Assembly: GCF_009914755.1 (NCBI RefSeq)
Contig: NC_060932.1
DNA length: 64,000 bases
Strand: one strand, 5' to 3'
DNA from: the human T2T-CHM13v2.0 reference genome, Homo sapiens
Shown here: positions 42,791 to 55,813 of the stretch, piece by piece
Layout of the letters: each line of letters opens with the position of its first letter
Numbering within the stretch: the stretch's first letter is position 1
Translations under genes and position numbers: made by a program
Notes under the pieces: generated by a model
The model's input: the letters and a program-made list of their open reading frames with translations, nothing else
Told to the model about the DNA's origin: nothing
The model's database searches: none

Positions 42791-45170
42791 TGTAAAATTC
42801 TTTTCACAAATGAAATTTCAGAACCAAAATGCTTAACTGGGCGATACTAAAAAAAAATTAATTAAAAATAATAAGAAACATAGACAAATTCCTTTAGGAG
42901 ACAGAAAATGTGAGAAGTCATTTCAAAGATAACCATAATATCAAAACCTCACAAAAGAATTACAAAATGGAAAATTATATATCAACAGCCTCATGAACAT
43001 AAAATATAAAATCCCCCAAATATAGAACAGACAATCAGGGAAGACACACCATACACACACATACACACACATACACACCCCATAATCAAATGAGATTTAG
43101 TCCAGGAAGGTGGCAAGTTTAGTTTTACATTTGAAAATCAAATCAATATAATTGATCATATCAACAATATGTACGATAAAAAACATAAATTACCTCAATA
43201 AATACAGAAAATAAGCATTTGAAAAATTCAACACCCATTTATAATAAACATATCATCAAAAAGAAGTATAAGAAAACTCCCCCAGTCTAATACAATATAC
43301 TTTCAGAAAAGAAAAGAAAATGCTAATACCTTAATATAGAAACAGTGGGCTGGAAAGGATGCTATTATCCCCACCCCTACTCAACACAGTTGTATTGACT
43401 GTAACCAGCGCAATCAGACAAGAAAAAATGAAAAGGACAAAAATGGGAAAGGAAGAAGTAAAACTCTGTTTACAGACAGTATGATTATACATAGATTATA
43501 AGCCAGTATCTTCATAAATGGAATCTCAAAAATCCATCAAAAATTATTAAAGATAATCTAGTGACATATTTTTCAAATAACACACCTTGATGAAGCAAAA
43601 TTTATTTAACATGGCAAAATTTTAAAAAAGGATTTATAAAAATTATTTGAATTAATAGGTGATTTTAGGGAAATTAATCCATGCAAAGTCAATATACAAA
43701 TATAAATTGCATTTTTCTAAAATAACAACAGACAATACAAAATGAAGCTTAAAAAGCAATAGCTTTGATAAAAGCATTACATATATCTAATACCTACTGA
43801 AAAAATCCAAGGCAAGATGTGAAACATCTCTATACAAAAAATATAATACAGTGCTGAGAAAAATTTTCGAAACACAAATAAGAGGAGAGATAGTCTCTGT
43901 TTGTGGATTAAAAGCTCAATGTTTTAAGATGTAAATTCTGCCCAAGTTGACCGAAACCTGCAATGTAATTCCAAACAGATTTCCAGCAGATTTTTTCCGT
44001 AAGGGTTAATAAGATTTGATGCTAAAATTCACATGGAAATGCAAAGAATGTGGAATAACCAAGAAAATCTTGAACTAGAAACACAATATCAGAAAACATG
44101 CACCACTAGAGCTAATGATTTACTAAAAACTATTCTAATAAAGACAATGTGACATTGGTAGAAAAGGTACATAAGCAGGCCAATGGAAAAAATAGAATAA
44201 AGAAATAGACACACGTGTATTGTCACTTGATTTATGACAAGAGCACCATACAATTCCATGGAGAGAGACTGGCCTTTTCTGTAAATGGCGCTCTAGAAAC
44301 TGAATGGTCTTTTTAAAATAAAAAGTTAACCTGGATTCCTACCCAATACATATTTTAAAAATAATTAGAGGTGAATCATTATCTAAATATGAAGTTGACA
44401 TGTGCAGACTTCTAGAGGAAAGCTTCAGAGAGTATCTTCATGAACTTGGGGTGAATAGAGTGTTCTTGAAGAATATAAAAGTGCATTAGCCATCAAAGGA
44501 AAAAAATGACAAGACTTCATTAAAATTAAGAATTTCTGTTCATCAAAAGATGCCATTAGGATAAATAATAGGCAACACAATGGAGAAAATGTCATAATTC
44601 TTATATTTGAGAAGGAATACATATCTAGAACACATAAATATCACCTACCAATGAATATAAAAAAGATAATTCACTTTTTAAATTGCCAAAACATTGGACA
44701 GTTGCTTCATAGAAGAAGATATCCATATAACCAACTCACATAAAAAGGTGCTTGGCAGGTAAATGCAAATTAAAAACAGAGGGAGCTATTAAAGCAAATG
44801 CACCAGAATGCCTAAAAAGACCAAAAAGATCAAGTGTTGGCAAGGTTGTTGGCAACTGGGACTCTCAGACATTGCTGGCAGGAGTGTAAATTGATTGAAG
44901 AACTTTGAGAAACTGCTTGGCAGGCTCTACAAAGGTGAACCGTATGTCCACCTAAGGACCCAGCAATTCCACCTTAGGGATACAGGCTAGAAAAATGAGT
45001 GTATATGAACACTGAAAGACGTACACAAGAATGCTCCTAGTGGCTTTATTCAGGCACAAAAGAATGCCTTCTTAAAATACATGACGTTTGGAACAGGCAA
45101 AACTGTTCCAGGGTGATAGAAATAAGCAATTAACATTGAGAGTGATGGAAATGCTTCTTAACATAATCTG

Positions 45171-45219
45171 GTGTGTGTGTGTGTGTGTTTGCGTGTGTGT
45201 GTGTGTTTGTGTCTGTGTG
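45171..45219. repeat. Imperfect (TG)n microsatellite
   Basis: Visible TG run with interruptions. Confidence 0.9.
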
Positions 45220-47169
45220 AATTCATAGAACTATACACTCAATATTTGTACATATTTTGTATTTTAATTATATCTCAATGTTAAAATAAGAAACAAAGTG
45301 TTTCCTCCTCCATTAATGTATTTGTAAAATCTTCAGTCCTTTCTGCCTATTCCACATACAATTCTTGTCCTAATTATGGTTCCTATGAATTACTGGTGCA
45401 TTTCTTCCATTGTTATTGTTTCTTTTATTTTAGTGGTAGTTGTTTCTTTGTTTCAGCATCCTAACAATGATCTCCATATCATTTACTTTTACTTTTTTGG
45501 TCATTTTTCTTCACCATTCCTTTTCAATTATAAGACCTTTGGATTAGATATGCATCTCTCTTATAAACACATTCTTTATAGTTCTCCTAAGCTTAAAACC
45601 ATCATTCCAAGGTCCTAAAATCTGACTCACAAAATGAAATGTGAATTCCCATCATTTCCTAGAGTTTGAATGCACGTGAGTTGAAATACTAGAATCTGCA
45701 CTTTCAGACACCAGACACAGATCTCCAAACCCAAAAACATGAAAAAAATGGGGGACGTTACTCAAATGATCTGGAGTAGGAAAAGACTGAAGTAATCACA
45801 AATTAATTAATCTCTTCTATGTAAATATACTCTTAAATACATATTGCCTCTGATGCAGCAGAGAGCAGGAACTTTCTCTGGGCAAGCACAGAATACTTCA
45901 CCGATATTCCTATTAGTAATATCCCAGGCATGCTGTTGTAAAGTGCCCAAAAAAAAAAAAATACAAAACTTACATGATGGTTACCTGAAAATCTTGTCTT
46001 TCAAGTGCACATGTAAACTAAAATAACCTACCAAGAGATTTCTCAGTTTGACTGAGGGGGGGAAAAACAGCATTCTTCCCAAGTCCTTTGAAATTGTGGC
46101 TCAAAGCCAACACCTCAAACTGAGCCTAATGTTACAAAAATCTATAAGCCATTAACTCTAGCCATATTAAATATATAAAAATCAATTCTAATGCCCTGTT
46201 CTTCCAAAGTCCCAACCCTCAATTGGAAATATATAAGAAAATACTGCCTGCTCCCCAGTTGCCCTTCAGCTTTTTATCTGATTTATTCTGGAAGCATCAG
46301 TTGTGCCCACCTGTATCAGGAAAATAGAAAAATAAGAAAGCAGTCAGCAAGTCTGAGGGTCCTTGGTACCCCCACTGGCCAGCTCTTCATCCAGAAGCCA
46401 AGCCCAGCTCTCGGTGGCCACACCATAGCCCTGGATCCACAGCCCTGGGGGAAATCACCTGCTGTCCTGGGTATTTCTTTCCACTGGTTCAATAATAGAC
46501 TCTGATACTTTATCTAGTTCTTATGTTCCTGTTTATCATCTATGAAATGGAGGAAGTTTACCTTCCTTTCGAAGTTCCTGATTAACCAACATTAAGAACA
46601 GCATAGTCGAAGGAAACTTTCTTACCTCCTCTTTTAATAGGTATCTGCTTCTGCCTGGCAGATTTTTTTTATTCCAGTATTAATGTCCTACCATATCCTC
46701 AACTGTATACTTTTGTTGCTGGTTCTTTCTGTTTCTAGTTCTTATTCTATTTATAAAAACTGGAATACAAAATCCTCCAGTGCTTTCTTGGTCTACTTTT
46801 CTGTTTAGAAATTTAAATTTCTAAACAAATACCAATTTAGCCACATCTTGTAATGTTTAATGTGCACAGCTTTTATCATCATTAGGTTACAGGTATTTTC
46901 TAATTACATACATGGTATTTTTTACCATAAATGAATGAGAACGTGGTAGTTTTGTTTGTGTGTGTCTCGCAAACTATGAGATCTTTTGAATCTGTTCGTA
47001 AATTGTTTCTATAATCCATTTTGGTTCCAGAACGTGTTCTTTCAGTATTGATTCTTGGAGTTTATCGGGTCTTCATTGCGACTTAGTAGATAATCGATCT
47101 TTGTAAATGTCCTTTGTGTTGTGAAATTGTTTGTGCAGTCATCGTTTGTGCAAGGATTGTGGTTTTTCA

Positions 47170-47290
47170 GAAGCAATATAGGAAAATGATTAAGACACAG
47201 ACTCTAAATCATAACTCCCACATTCACCAGCTCTGTGATCTTGGACTAATTACTTTAACCTCTCTGAGATTCCATTAGCATATCGGTTAA
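47170..47290 (+). mobile_element. MIR
   Basis: gattaagacacagactct..ccagctctgtgatcttggactaattactttaacctctctga. Confidence 0.8.
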
Positions 47291-47457
47291 ATGCCTAGTG
47301 AATATTAGATGTTATATAAGTATTAGCTATTATAATACAAATCCATGGAATCTAGCTAATTGAATCATTCAAATATTATTTATTCTTATTAAGATTTTTT
47401 GTTTTACTCACCAATTACTGAGAAAAGAGATTTAAAATCACTCTTTATGATATTACA

Positions 47458-47650
47458 TTGGTCTTGCTTCTCCTAAAAGCAAGCTCCAAGACAAAGATTT
47501 AGGTAGGAGTGGCTTCTTTGGGAGATGATCCCAGGGAACTTTATGAGGAAGTAAAGAAGTAGGCTAGATAAGGGAAGACAACCCACTAATCTGTATTAAC
47601 TAATAAAGTCACATTAATTAATACTGCCATGTGGCTTAATTCCACTGAGA
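47458..47650 (-). mobile_element. LTR33/LTR16-like ERVL LTR fragment
   Basis: agacaaagatttagg..tttgggagatgatcccaggga. Confidence 0.6.
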
Positions 47651-47652
47651 AC

Positions 47653-47875
47653 TGAATGATGACTCCTGAGATATTAATGCCCTAGTATTTGAAACTGGTG
47701 AATGTTACCTTAGATAGCAAAAAAAAAAAAAAAAAAAATTTTGCAGATGTGAAATTAAGGATTTTGAGAGGAGACTATCCTGCATTATTCAGGTGGGGCC
47801 AATGTATTCTTCAGAGGCGAAAAGCAAAGCGTGGTTTGATACAGACAGAAGGGAAGAGACAGAGTCACAGTGAAA
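47653..47875 (+). mobile_element. MLT1C/D 5' fragment
   Basis: gtgaatgttaccttagatagcaaaa..tttgcagatgtgaaattaaggattttgaga..tatcctgcattattcaggtggg. Confidence 0.8.
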
Positions 47876-47962
47876 GCAGTGAGCCTTGATCATGCTATTG
47901 CACTCTAGCCTGGGTGACAGAGAGAGACCCTAACTCAAAAAAAAAATAAAAATAAAAATAAA
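47876..47962 (+). mobile_element. Alu 3' fragment (J-like)
   Basis: gcagtgagcc..gcactctagcctgggtgacagag followed by A tail. Confidence 0.85.
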
Positions 47963-48334
47963 GGCTTAAAAATTTTTGAAGCAAAAATCCCCCATCAGAG
48001 AAATCAACTATTTCTTTGTGAGGCCTCTAGTCCCAGGAAATAAAGGGGAAAAAATCACAAACATGACTGAGAAAATTGTAGCCAAGAAAGATCCTTAAGT
48101 TTATACACAAAGTCAAATCCACTGTGTCTGGACTAAGCCAAACATCAGTTGGTAGAGGGAACAATTCAAAACCAGAAAATAAAATAGAATTCTGTACTTT
48201 AAGAATAGTTTAACAAGACAACTTAAGATAGTTTAAAGCACACAGTAAAGCTGTTTTAGTTGATCTACTCTCAAGGTATAAAATGCTATTTTATAATTAG
48301 CTAAAATTCAATATTTTGCCTTTTTTAAACTTTA

Positions 48335-48697
<363 letters not shown>

Positions 48698-48756
48698 TCA
48701 GCGATAGCTGTGTTCTTTCATAAGACAAAATAATTATCAGCTGAGAACATTATGTA

Positions 48757-49115
48757 TGTGAAAGCTGGAGGGTATTTGTGTTCCCTCATAATTCATATGT
48801 TGCTACCACGTCTCCAGTGTGAGGGTATTTGACAGTGGGGCCTTTGGAACATGATTAGGTCATAATGGTGCAGCCCTCCCAAATAGTATTAGTGCCCTTA
48901 TCAAAAAACACCCCAGAGTGGCCCCTCACCCCTTTTGCCATGTGAGGACATAGAGAAAAGATGACCAACTCTGAACTAGAGAGTAGGTCCTCACCAGACA
49001 CAAAATCTGTTAGCACCTCGAACTTGGACTTCCAGCCTCTAGAACTGTGAGAAATAGATTTCATTTGTTTATAAGCCCCCCAGTTTTGTTATTAAAACCC
49101 AAACTGATTAAGACA
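48757..49115 (+). mobile_element. MLT1A0-like solo LTR
   Basis: aattcatatgttg..gccatgtgaggaca..ttggacttccagcctctagaactgtgagaaata..taagaca. Confidence 0.9.
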
Positions 49116-49330
49116 GACTGTGAAGACAGACTGCCTGGGTTTGAATTTACCATTGAACCATTTTGCGACAGTGAACCAATGATTTAAATTCAATCACCCT
49201 CAGTTTCTTCATCTATACAATACAGATCATAATAGGACTACATGCATAGGATCGTTGTGAGGATTCAACAAGGTAATTAGTGTATAAAGTTTAACACAGC
49301 TCCTGGCACAGACTTTACTAAGTGCATTCT
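49116..49330 (+). mobile_element. MIR
   Basis: cagactgcctgggtttgaat..cctcagtttcttcatctata..gttgtgaggatt. Confidence 0.88.
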
Positions 49331-50844
49331 ATTTTTATTCAGTTTATTTATTTTACACATTTCAGGAGCCAATGGTCTAACAGCAAAGCAAGAGTTTAAC
49401 TCATATAAAGCAGGAAGTGGTAAGAGCTGTAAAGGTATTATAGACAATTTGCAATGGGAATTTGATGGACAAAGAAATGTTCTCCTCTGGATGAGACAAG
49501 AAGAAAACCTAGGAAGATGAATGAAGAAGTGGCATTTAAGATGGACTTTGAAGGACAGGTTGGATCGGAAGTGCCAGGAAAATCACCAGCAAGGGTCTGG
49601 GCACCTGTGTCATCCATGGCTCAGTGGGAAGATGGAATTGACTTGCACATGATACTAACAGCTGGAGTTGGAAAGGCCCACCACAGAGATAATGTGAAGC
49701 CCAAGCCATATAGATGGTGCTATGTACATTGATATTACCAACACTACACATTTGCAGAAACCTGAATACTTTTCATTTCCTTATCACCATGGATAAATTA
49801 CCCACCTATTGTTGAGTGGAATTATAATAATGACTTATCCTTAGCATATTCACATATTCCAGGCATCTCAGTTTACTTTATTAACGTCCATAACACCCTT
49901 GTCAGGCAGACTGGACAAGGTGGACAAGCACCATCCCCCTCTAAGACAAAGTCAACTGAGGCCCAAGATGGATGCCCAAGGTCAACTCTCCAGAAGACCA
50001 CAAGTCGACTACTTCTGACACCTTGTCAACTGTGCCAAGCAATGCCACAGTCCTGTCTCTAGGAGCTGAGCCTCAGTCTCCCTAACTGAGTTACTATGAA
50101 CTCAAGACAAAATTCTCCCAAAGAGTCAAATGCGTGGCTTGCACTCTGAGAAAAGTAACACAAATGTGACAGAATTCACTCCAACGTGCTGGGAGATGTT
50201 ACATCTGAAACCACGGGTTCTCCCAAGGTCTTTATTGGCAATAACGAGATTTGAAAATAAGAAATAGCTGTTTAGCATGTTTTGTGTGGAGATAACACGA
50301 GCCAATTAAAAATAAAAAATTAAGTAAAGGTTCCATTTTTCCTTCCTGGACAAAACCTTAGAATTAGTCTGCACTTACTTTGTTCTAATAACATAAAATC
50401 TTGTTTGTTCTAATACAGACACACAGAAAGTTAAATGAAAAATTATAAATAAACTTTCAAGTTGTTCATCTAAGTTATGAGATAAAAGAATGTGGCTACA
50501 TCCAGTGTCTTCAAGCTAAAAATGATATGCAAATTACAGTACTTTTTGGAGCACTAAACCCAAAGCAGTTATAAAGATAAACAGTGTTAAAGCTAAAGTC
50601 CACACTGCAGGCAAACTCAAAGGATCATCTCAAAGCCAGAGCGTGTAAACCCTGAACCTCAGCCAGCTTTAGCCCCTTACCCCTACGTAACATCTAACCC
50701 CTATAAGGTTTAAAAATACATACAACAAAAATGTCTGAGGCTATAGGTATTGCTATGGTTCATATTGTTTGGGATGTAAATAGTCCTTGCCGATATTAAT
50801 GAAGGAGTACTCAGTGACCTATCTGAGAAGGTACTGTCACTCAC

Positions 50845-50970
50845 CTTCATTAAGCCACAGATTTCTCCTTCATTCCTGGTGTTGACATCAGTTTTGTCTT
50901 GACCTGCGCACAAACCTGAGCCACGTTGCCCAGGAGGTGGAAGTCAGCTTTTCAACTTTAGGTGCATCAT
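50845..50970 (-). ncRNA. Candidate 126-nt non-coding exon (lncRNA or UTR)
   Basis: Minus strand tgtttttctttaacAG|atgatg...aatgaag|GTGAGT; stops in all three frames; no repeat recognised. Confidence 0.45.
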
Positions 50971-51469
50971 CTGTTAAAGAAAAACATAGTTTTTTGTGTT
51001 TTTTTGTTTTTTTGTCCCCCACCCCAGCTAGAAGCTAAGTGACTCATTCAGGGATCTCCGCCTCGTTAGCACTGTGATTCAGCCAAGGGAGCAGAACGTC
51101 TCTGACCATATGTTCACAGGCTGCAAACAAAAAGCAGAGAAATTTCTGGAACTCCTCTGTTCTCATTTATTGCTTTCAGCTTGGGCTTTAAACCACTCAA
51201 GAGATGGGTTCTTGTCAATATTTTCATTACTCAGGCAAAGGCATTGGCCCAATCTCTCTTTTTGACAAGTTAGGAAAGTGCTGTCGGTGTTGTCCATGTC
51301 CTCCTCTCCTCCCGTTTTAGCTTAAGTCTGGGAGAGATATCAAGGGCTGCCTTACATATGGAGAGTTTGTAGTGGACCAAACTGGCAGGCACCCTTGCAG
51401 TATCTGTGTCATTCACACATCTTCTGTAATCTCCTCCCTTTTGTCCATATGGGACAGGGACTGTGGAAC

Positions 51470-51670
51470 TATGGGCATTTATTGAGTGCTGACTGTATTC
51501 CTGGCCCTGTGCTGGGGGGGTTAAATTATTGTGTTTCATCTTCAGTTAATGATCTGTACATTATTTCTACTTTCCCAATAAGAAAGCAGTCTCAGAGTAT
51601 TGCCAAAAGCCACACTTAGTAAGTTTCAAGGGTGGCATTTGAAAGTAGTTATTTCTAACTCCATGAATGA
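51470..51670 (-). mobile_element. MIR
   Basis: catttattgagtgctgactgt..agccacacttagtaagt..ggcatttgaa. Confidence 0.65.
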
Positions 51671-53505
51671 TGAAAGTGAAAGACAAAAAATTAGAACACA
51701 GGCTTTTAGGGTCTTCTCAGGGAGGCATATTGGCTCCAACCACTGAGTTACATTTCACTGGAGCCCTGGGAAGCTAAAAGAGCCAGGGTGGGTCCAAGAG
51801 GGAGCTTGAAGCTAGAAATTCTATCTGGCACTAAACTCTAAAATCTAGAAATGTGAACTAAAGCCCTTTAGCATTCTACCCAGATTCTTCCATTTAGTTT
51901 ATCAGATCATAACATCAGAGAAGAATATCAAAGATGGTATGTCATAGGACAATAAGCATGTGTTTGGTGGGAGGGTCCCTATATAGCAACTTTGGAAAAT
52001 TGGGCATATCTGAGAGAGACAGATGATGGTATTGAGAGAGAGAAAAATAAATGTAAACATTCAAGATAGTCTTACTTGGACCTAAGAACCTTCCCAATAC
52101 ATAGAATTTCCATTTCCAATTATACAGAACAATGTACAGCAAGTGAAAGCTATAGCTTAGAACAAGTAGAAAGAAGAGTTGGGAGAGTTACAACAGAAAG
52201 TGTGGTGTTAAAGGCATCAGAGAGCTTCAGAATAAACAGGGACTACAGAGGCATCAAGTCCAGAGAGGGAAGAAATGTTCAAAGGTGAGCTGAGAATTTG
52301 CAGAACATTTCCCTGAAGCCATTTGCCAAACCATTAAGAATTTGGCTTTAGTTTAGGCAGAAGCCACAGCTGGAGGCAGAAAACAAACAGTGGAGATTCT
52401 GCTGCTCACCTGGGGCTAGGATGTCAAAACTGGAGACCAGGAGTGTCAACAGAGCCAGGCTTCCCTCAAGATGTTTGCCAACTTCTGAAGCAGTGCAAAG
52501 CAGGAGGCTAGGGAGTAAGTTTGAAAACAAGGCTGTAGAGTAGTACAGAGAGGAAAAATTTTCATAGTCTCTTTGTCTTGAGGAGACAAAGCCCCTCGAG
52601 ACTCACAATGGAAATGTCACCAAGGCCCTTTTCCTAGGAACACACATGAAGCTCAGGAACAATGAACATTAGCAAAGCACAACCAGCCATGTCCTTTACT
52701 GGCTCGTGGAGATCAGCCCCCACTCCCTCTACCTAGCAGAAGAAAGGAGATAAAATCATATGTATTCTCCACTGCTCTTTCATACATGATGTCTAACATT
52801 CAAAAAAAAAATCTATACGTGTGAATCGATAGAACCCTAGGGACAATAATCAAGAGAAAAATACAGAAAACAAAAGCAGACCCACAGAGATAACAATATT
52901 GGAATTGGTAGACAAGGATTTAAAAATATGTATGACTTATATGTTCAAAAACCAGAGAAAAAATACAGAAGAGACTAAAAGACGAAGATTTTGATGAAAT
53001 TGTAATCTACGATATGAAGAATCAATACACATTCTATACCTGAAAAATATTTTTAATAATATTTAAAACTACAGCCTCAATGGATGGGCAAATTGGGCAC
53101 AAAAGAAAATAGAAGTAGTACCAGAAGACATGAGAGATAGAACAACAACAAAACAAAATCAAATGACAGGTGAAAATAAAGGAGAACAGAAAATTTTGAG
53201 GATAAAAATAGCTCCATAAAGAATAGAGAAATGGAGGTTATGAAATTATCTAAAAATGATATGCAAAAAGTTTCCTAAACTGAATGATATGACTTTCCAA
53301 GTTGAAATTCCTGAGTACCCAGCACAAGTTAAAATTTAAAGACTCACAATAAAGCATGTCATTGTGAAGGTTTAAAATGCAGAGATAAAAGATCATGAAT
53401 AGTAAAAGCTTCCAGAAAGAGAATACAAGACCACGAAAACAAGGGAAATCACAATTCTCAACAGCAGGAAAAGGAGCAGAAAAACAGTAAAGAAACATCT
53501 TAAAC

Positions 53506-53811
53506 CAGGGGTCCACGACCCCCAGGGGGTGTGGTGGACCCCTACCAGTCCGTGGCCTGCTAGGAACCGGGCCGCGCAACAGGAGGTGATGGGGGGCAGG
53601 GTGAGCAAATATTACTGCCTGAGCTCCGCCTCCTGTCAGATCAGCAGCATCATTAGATTCTCATAGGAGCGCGGACCCTATTGTGAACTGTGCATGCGAG
53701 GGTTCTAGGTTGCACGTTCTTTATGAGAATCGAATGCCCCCCGACCCTGTCTGTGGGAAAATTGTCTTCCATGAAACCAGTCCCCGGTGCCCAAAAGTTT
53801 GGGAACCTCTG
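53506..53811 (+). mobile_element. MER1B (hAT-Charlie)
   Basis: caggggtcc..gagctccgcctcctgtcagatcagc..ttgggaacctctg; degenerate 8-bp TSD. Confidence 0.92.
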
Positions 53812-54074
53812 CCTTTAAATTGTTTAAATTGTATATTCAGCTAGACCTTCCATCAAGAGTAAAGGTATAACTTTTTAAATGTTGACATGCAATATTTTAC
53901 CTTCCTTGCACCTTTCCCAAAGAAGTTACTTGAGCATTTGCTTCAAAAAATGAAGTAGTAAACCTGGAAAAAAGGACCTAAGAAATAAGAACCAGAATGA
54001 ATTCTACAAAGAAGGCAGTCCCACAGAACACCTGCCCTAGAGGGCAACAGAAATCTCTAGGAAAGCGGTCTTTT

Positions 54075-54273
54075 GCATACATGTGGCCAACAAGCATATG
54101 AAAACAAGCTCAAAATTACTGATCATTAGACAAATGCAAATCAAAACCACAATGAGATACCATCTGACACCACCCAGAATGGTTATTAATAAAAAGCAAA
54201 AAAAAAAAAAAAAAAAAAAAAAACAGACGCTGATGGGGTTGTGAAGAAAGTGGAATGCTTAAACATTTGTTGG
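54075..54273 (+). mobile_element. L1PA/PB ORF2 C-terminal fragment
   Basis: ggccaacaagcatatgaaaa..aaatgcaaatcaaaaccacaatgagatacca. Confidence 0.85.
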
Positions 54274-55430
54274 ACAAATAAGTAACATTTGCATTTTGTT
54301 TGTGTTTAGAGTTACAACATCCAGGAAATTGGGAGGACTTAAGATTCAACTAAATTATAGGTGGTTGACCTTGATGTATCTAAACAGTAACTACCATTTT
54401 TATTTACTTTTTTTAGCAATGGGAACATAGGAAACTATAGCAAATTGAGGTAACAATTTACTATAGGAAAAAAAAAAAGGTCAGGAGCCCATTACTTTGT
54501 TCAGCCATGAACATATGTAAAATACTGGCTGTTACTTCAAAAAAATGCAATACAGGCATATTAAAGGCACAAGAAAAGAAAAATTGTGAGAAAGATATAT
54601 AAGGGAGTTAAATTTTCATCATAGAAGGAAACCAATAAATAATGCCTAAATGAATATATTTTTAAAGCAGTATAATACTTAGAAGTAAAGACCTAATTAA
54701 CTACAGAGCAAAAGTAACTGAAATCTATTATCCAGATGGGGATGAGGGAGGTATAGTGTAAACAATTGCCAGTTTTTATTATATGATTTTAATACTGTTA
54801 GCTCTTCAACTATGCCAACATCTAAACTTAATAAAAAAGAATAAGAATTGGCAGTTTGTCATGAAATAATTTTATAATGACTCTCATTTAGAATTATCAA
54901 AATAAATTTTCATTCCCAAAGAAGTAAACTTCATTGTGCAAAAAATTGTATTCATGTAGAAGAGCTAAAATGAATTTTAATACAGACGGTGTGTAATGTG
55001 TGCATTCACACAGCATCTCAGAATTGATCTAGCTCTTGGCTCTCAATGGTAATAATGCATACCCAGCAATTTCTGGAAAATAATTACTTGCAAACCCAAC
55101 GAACAATTCAAGACACAAATTATTACTAAGAAATGCTAGTTTTGTAAATTGCACCAAATAACAATCATATATTGAAGGCTTTAATATAATGATACAATGA
55201 TGTTTCCACAAACTTTTATATATTTGTTCCATAAATATCATTAAGCACATACTAATTACCAGGCACTTGCAAAATACTTAGAGTACAAAGATTAAGTTAA
55301 AAACTAGGTCTTGTCCTCAGTAACACTATAAAAACTCGAATTGTCTCTGACAGTTTCCATTATCACAAAAAAACAAATATTTTCTATCTCCTTATGCTGG
55401 AATTAACTTACAACTTAACCCAAAGCCAAG

Positions 55431-55813
55431 CGTATTAGTCTGTTCTCACACTGGTATAAAGAAATACCCGAGACTGCATAATTTATAAAGAAATGAGGTT
55501 TAATTAGCTCACGGTTCCTTAGGCTCTATAGGAAGTATGGCTGGGTAAGGCCTCAGGAAACTTAAATCACGGTGAAGGCCACGGGGAAGGACGTACGTCT
55601 TCCACGGCCAGAGCAGGAGGAAGAGAGAGGAGGGGGAGGTGCTACACACTTTTAAGCAACCAGGTCTCAAAATAAGTCACTCACTCTCAGGAGAACAGCA
55701 AGGTGGAAATCTGCCCCCATGATGCACTCACTTCCCACTAGGCTCCTCTTCCAACATTGGGTATTACAGCTGGACGTGAGATTTGGGCAGGGACACAAAT
55801 CCAAACCATATCA
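55431..55813 (-). mobile_element. MSTA solo LTR
   Basis: gtattagtctgttctcacac..ggacacaaatccaaaccatatca; perfect TSD ccaag. Confidence 0.93.

Larger units (their letters stand above)
39845..45290 (+). mobile_element. Long decayed L1M (L1ME/MD-like), ORF2 and 3' end
   Basis: ctaaatgtaaacagactaa; atagctggagattttaaca; gacccagcaattccac; 3' ctatacactcaatatttgtaca..tatatctcaat. Confidence 0.8.
52330..54838 (+). mobile_element. HAL1/old L1 ORF1-type element
   Basis: aagcatgtcattgtgaa..aaaagcttccagaaagag..ttctcaacagca; no ORF2 seen before the A-rich 3' end. Confidence 0.55.
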
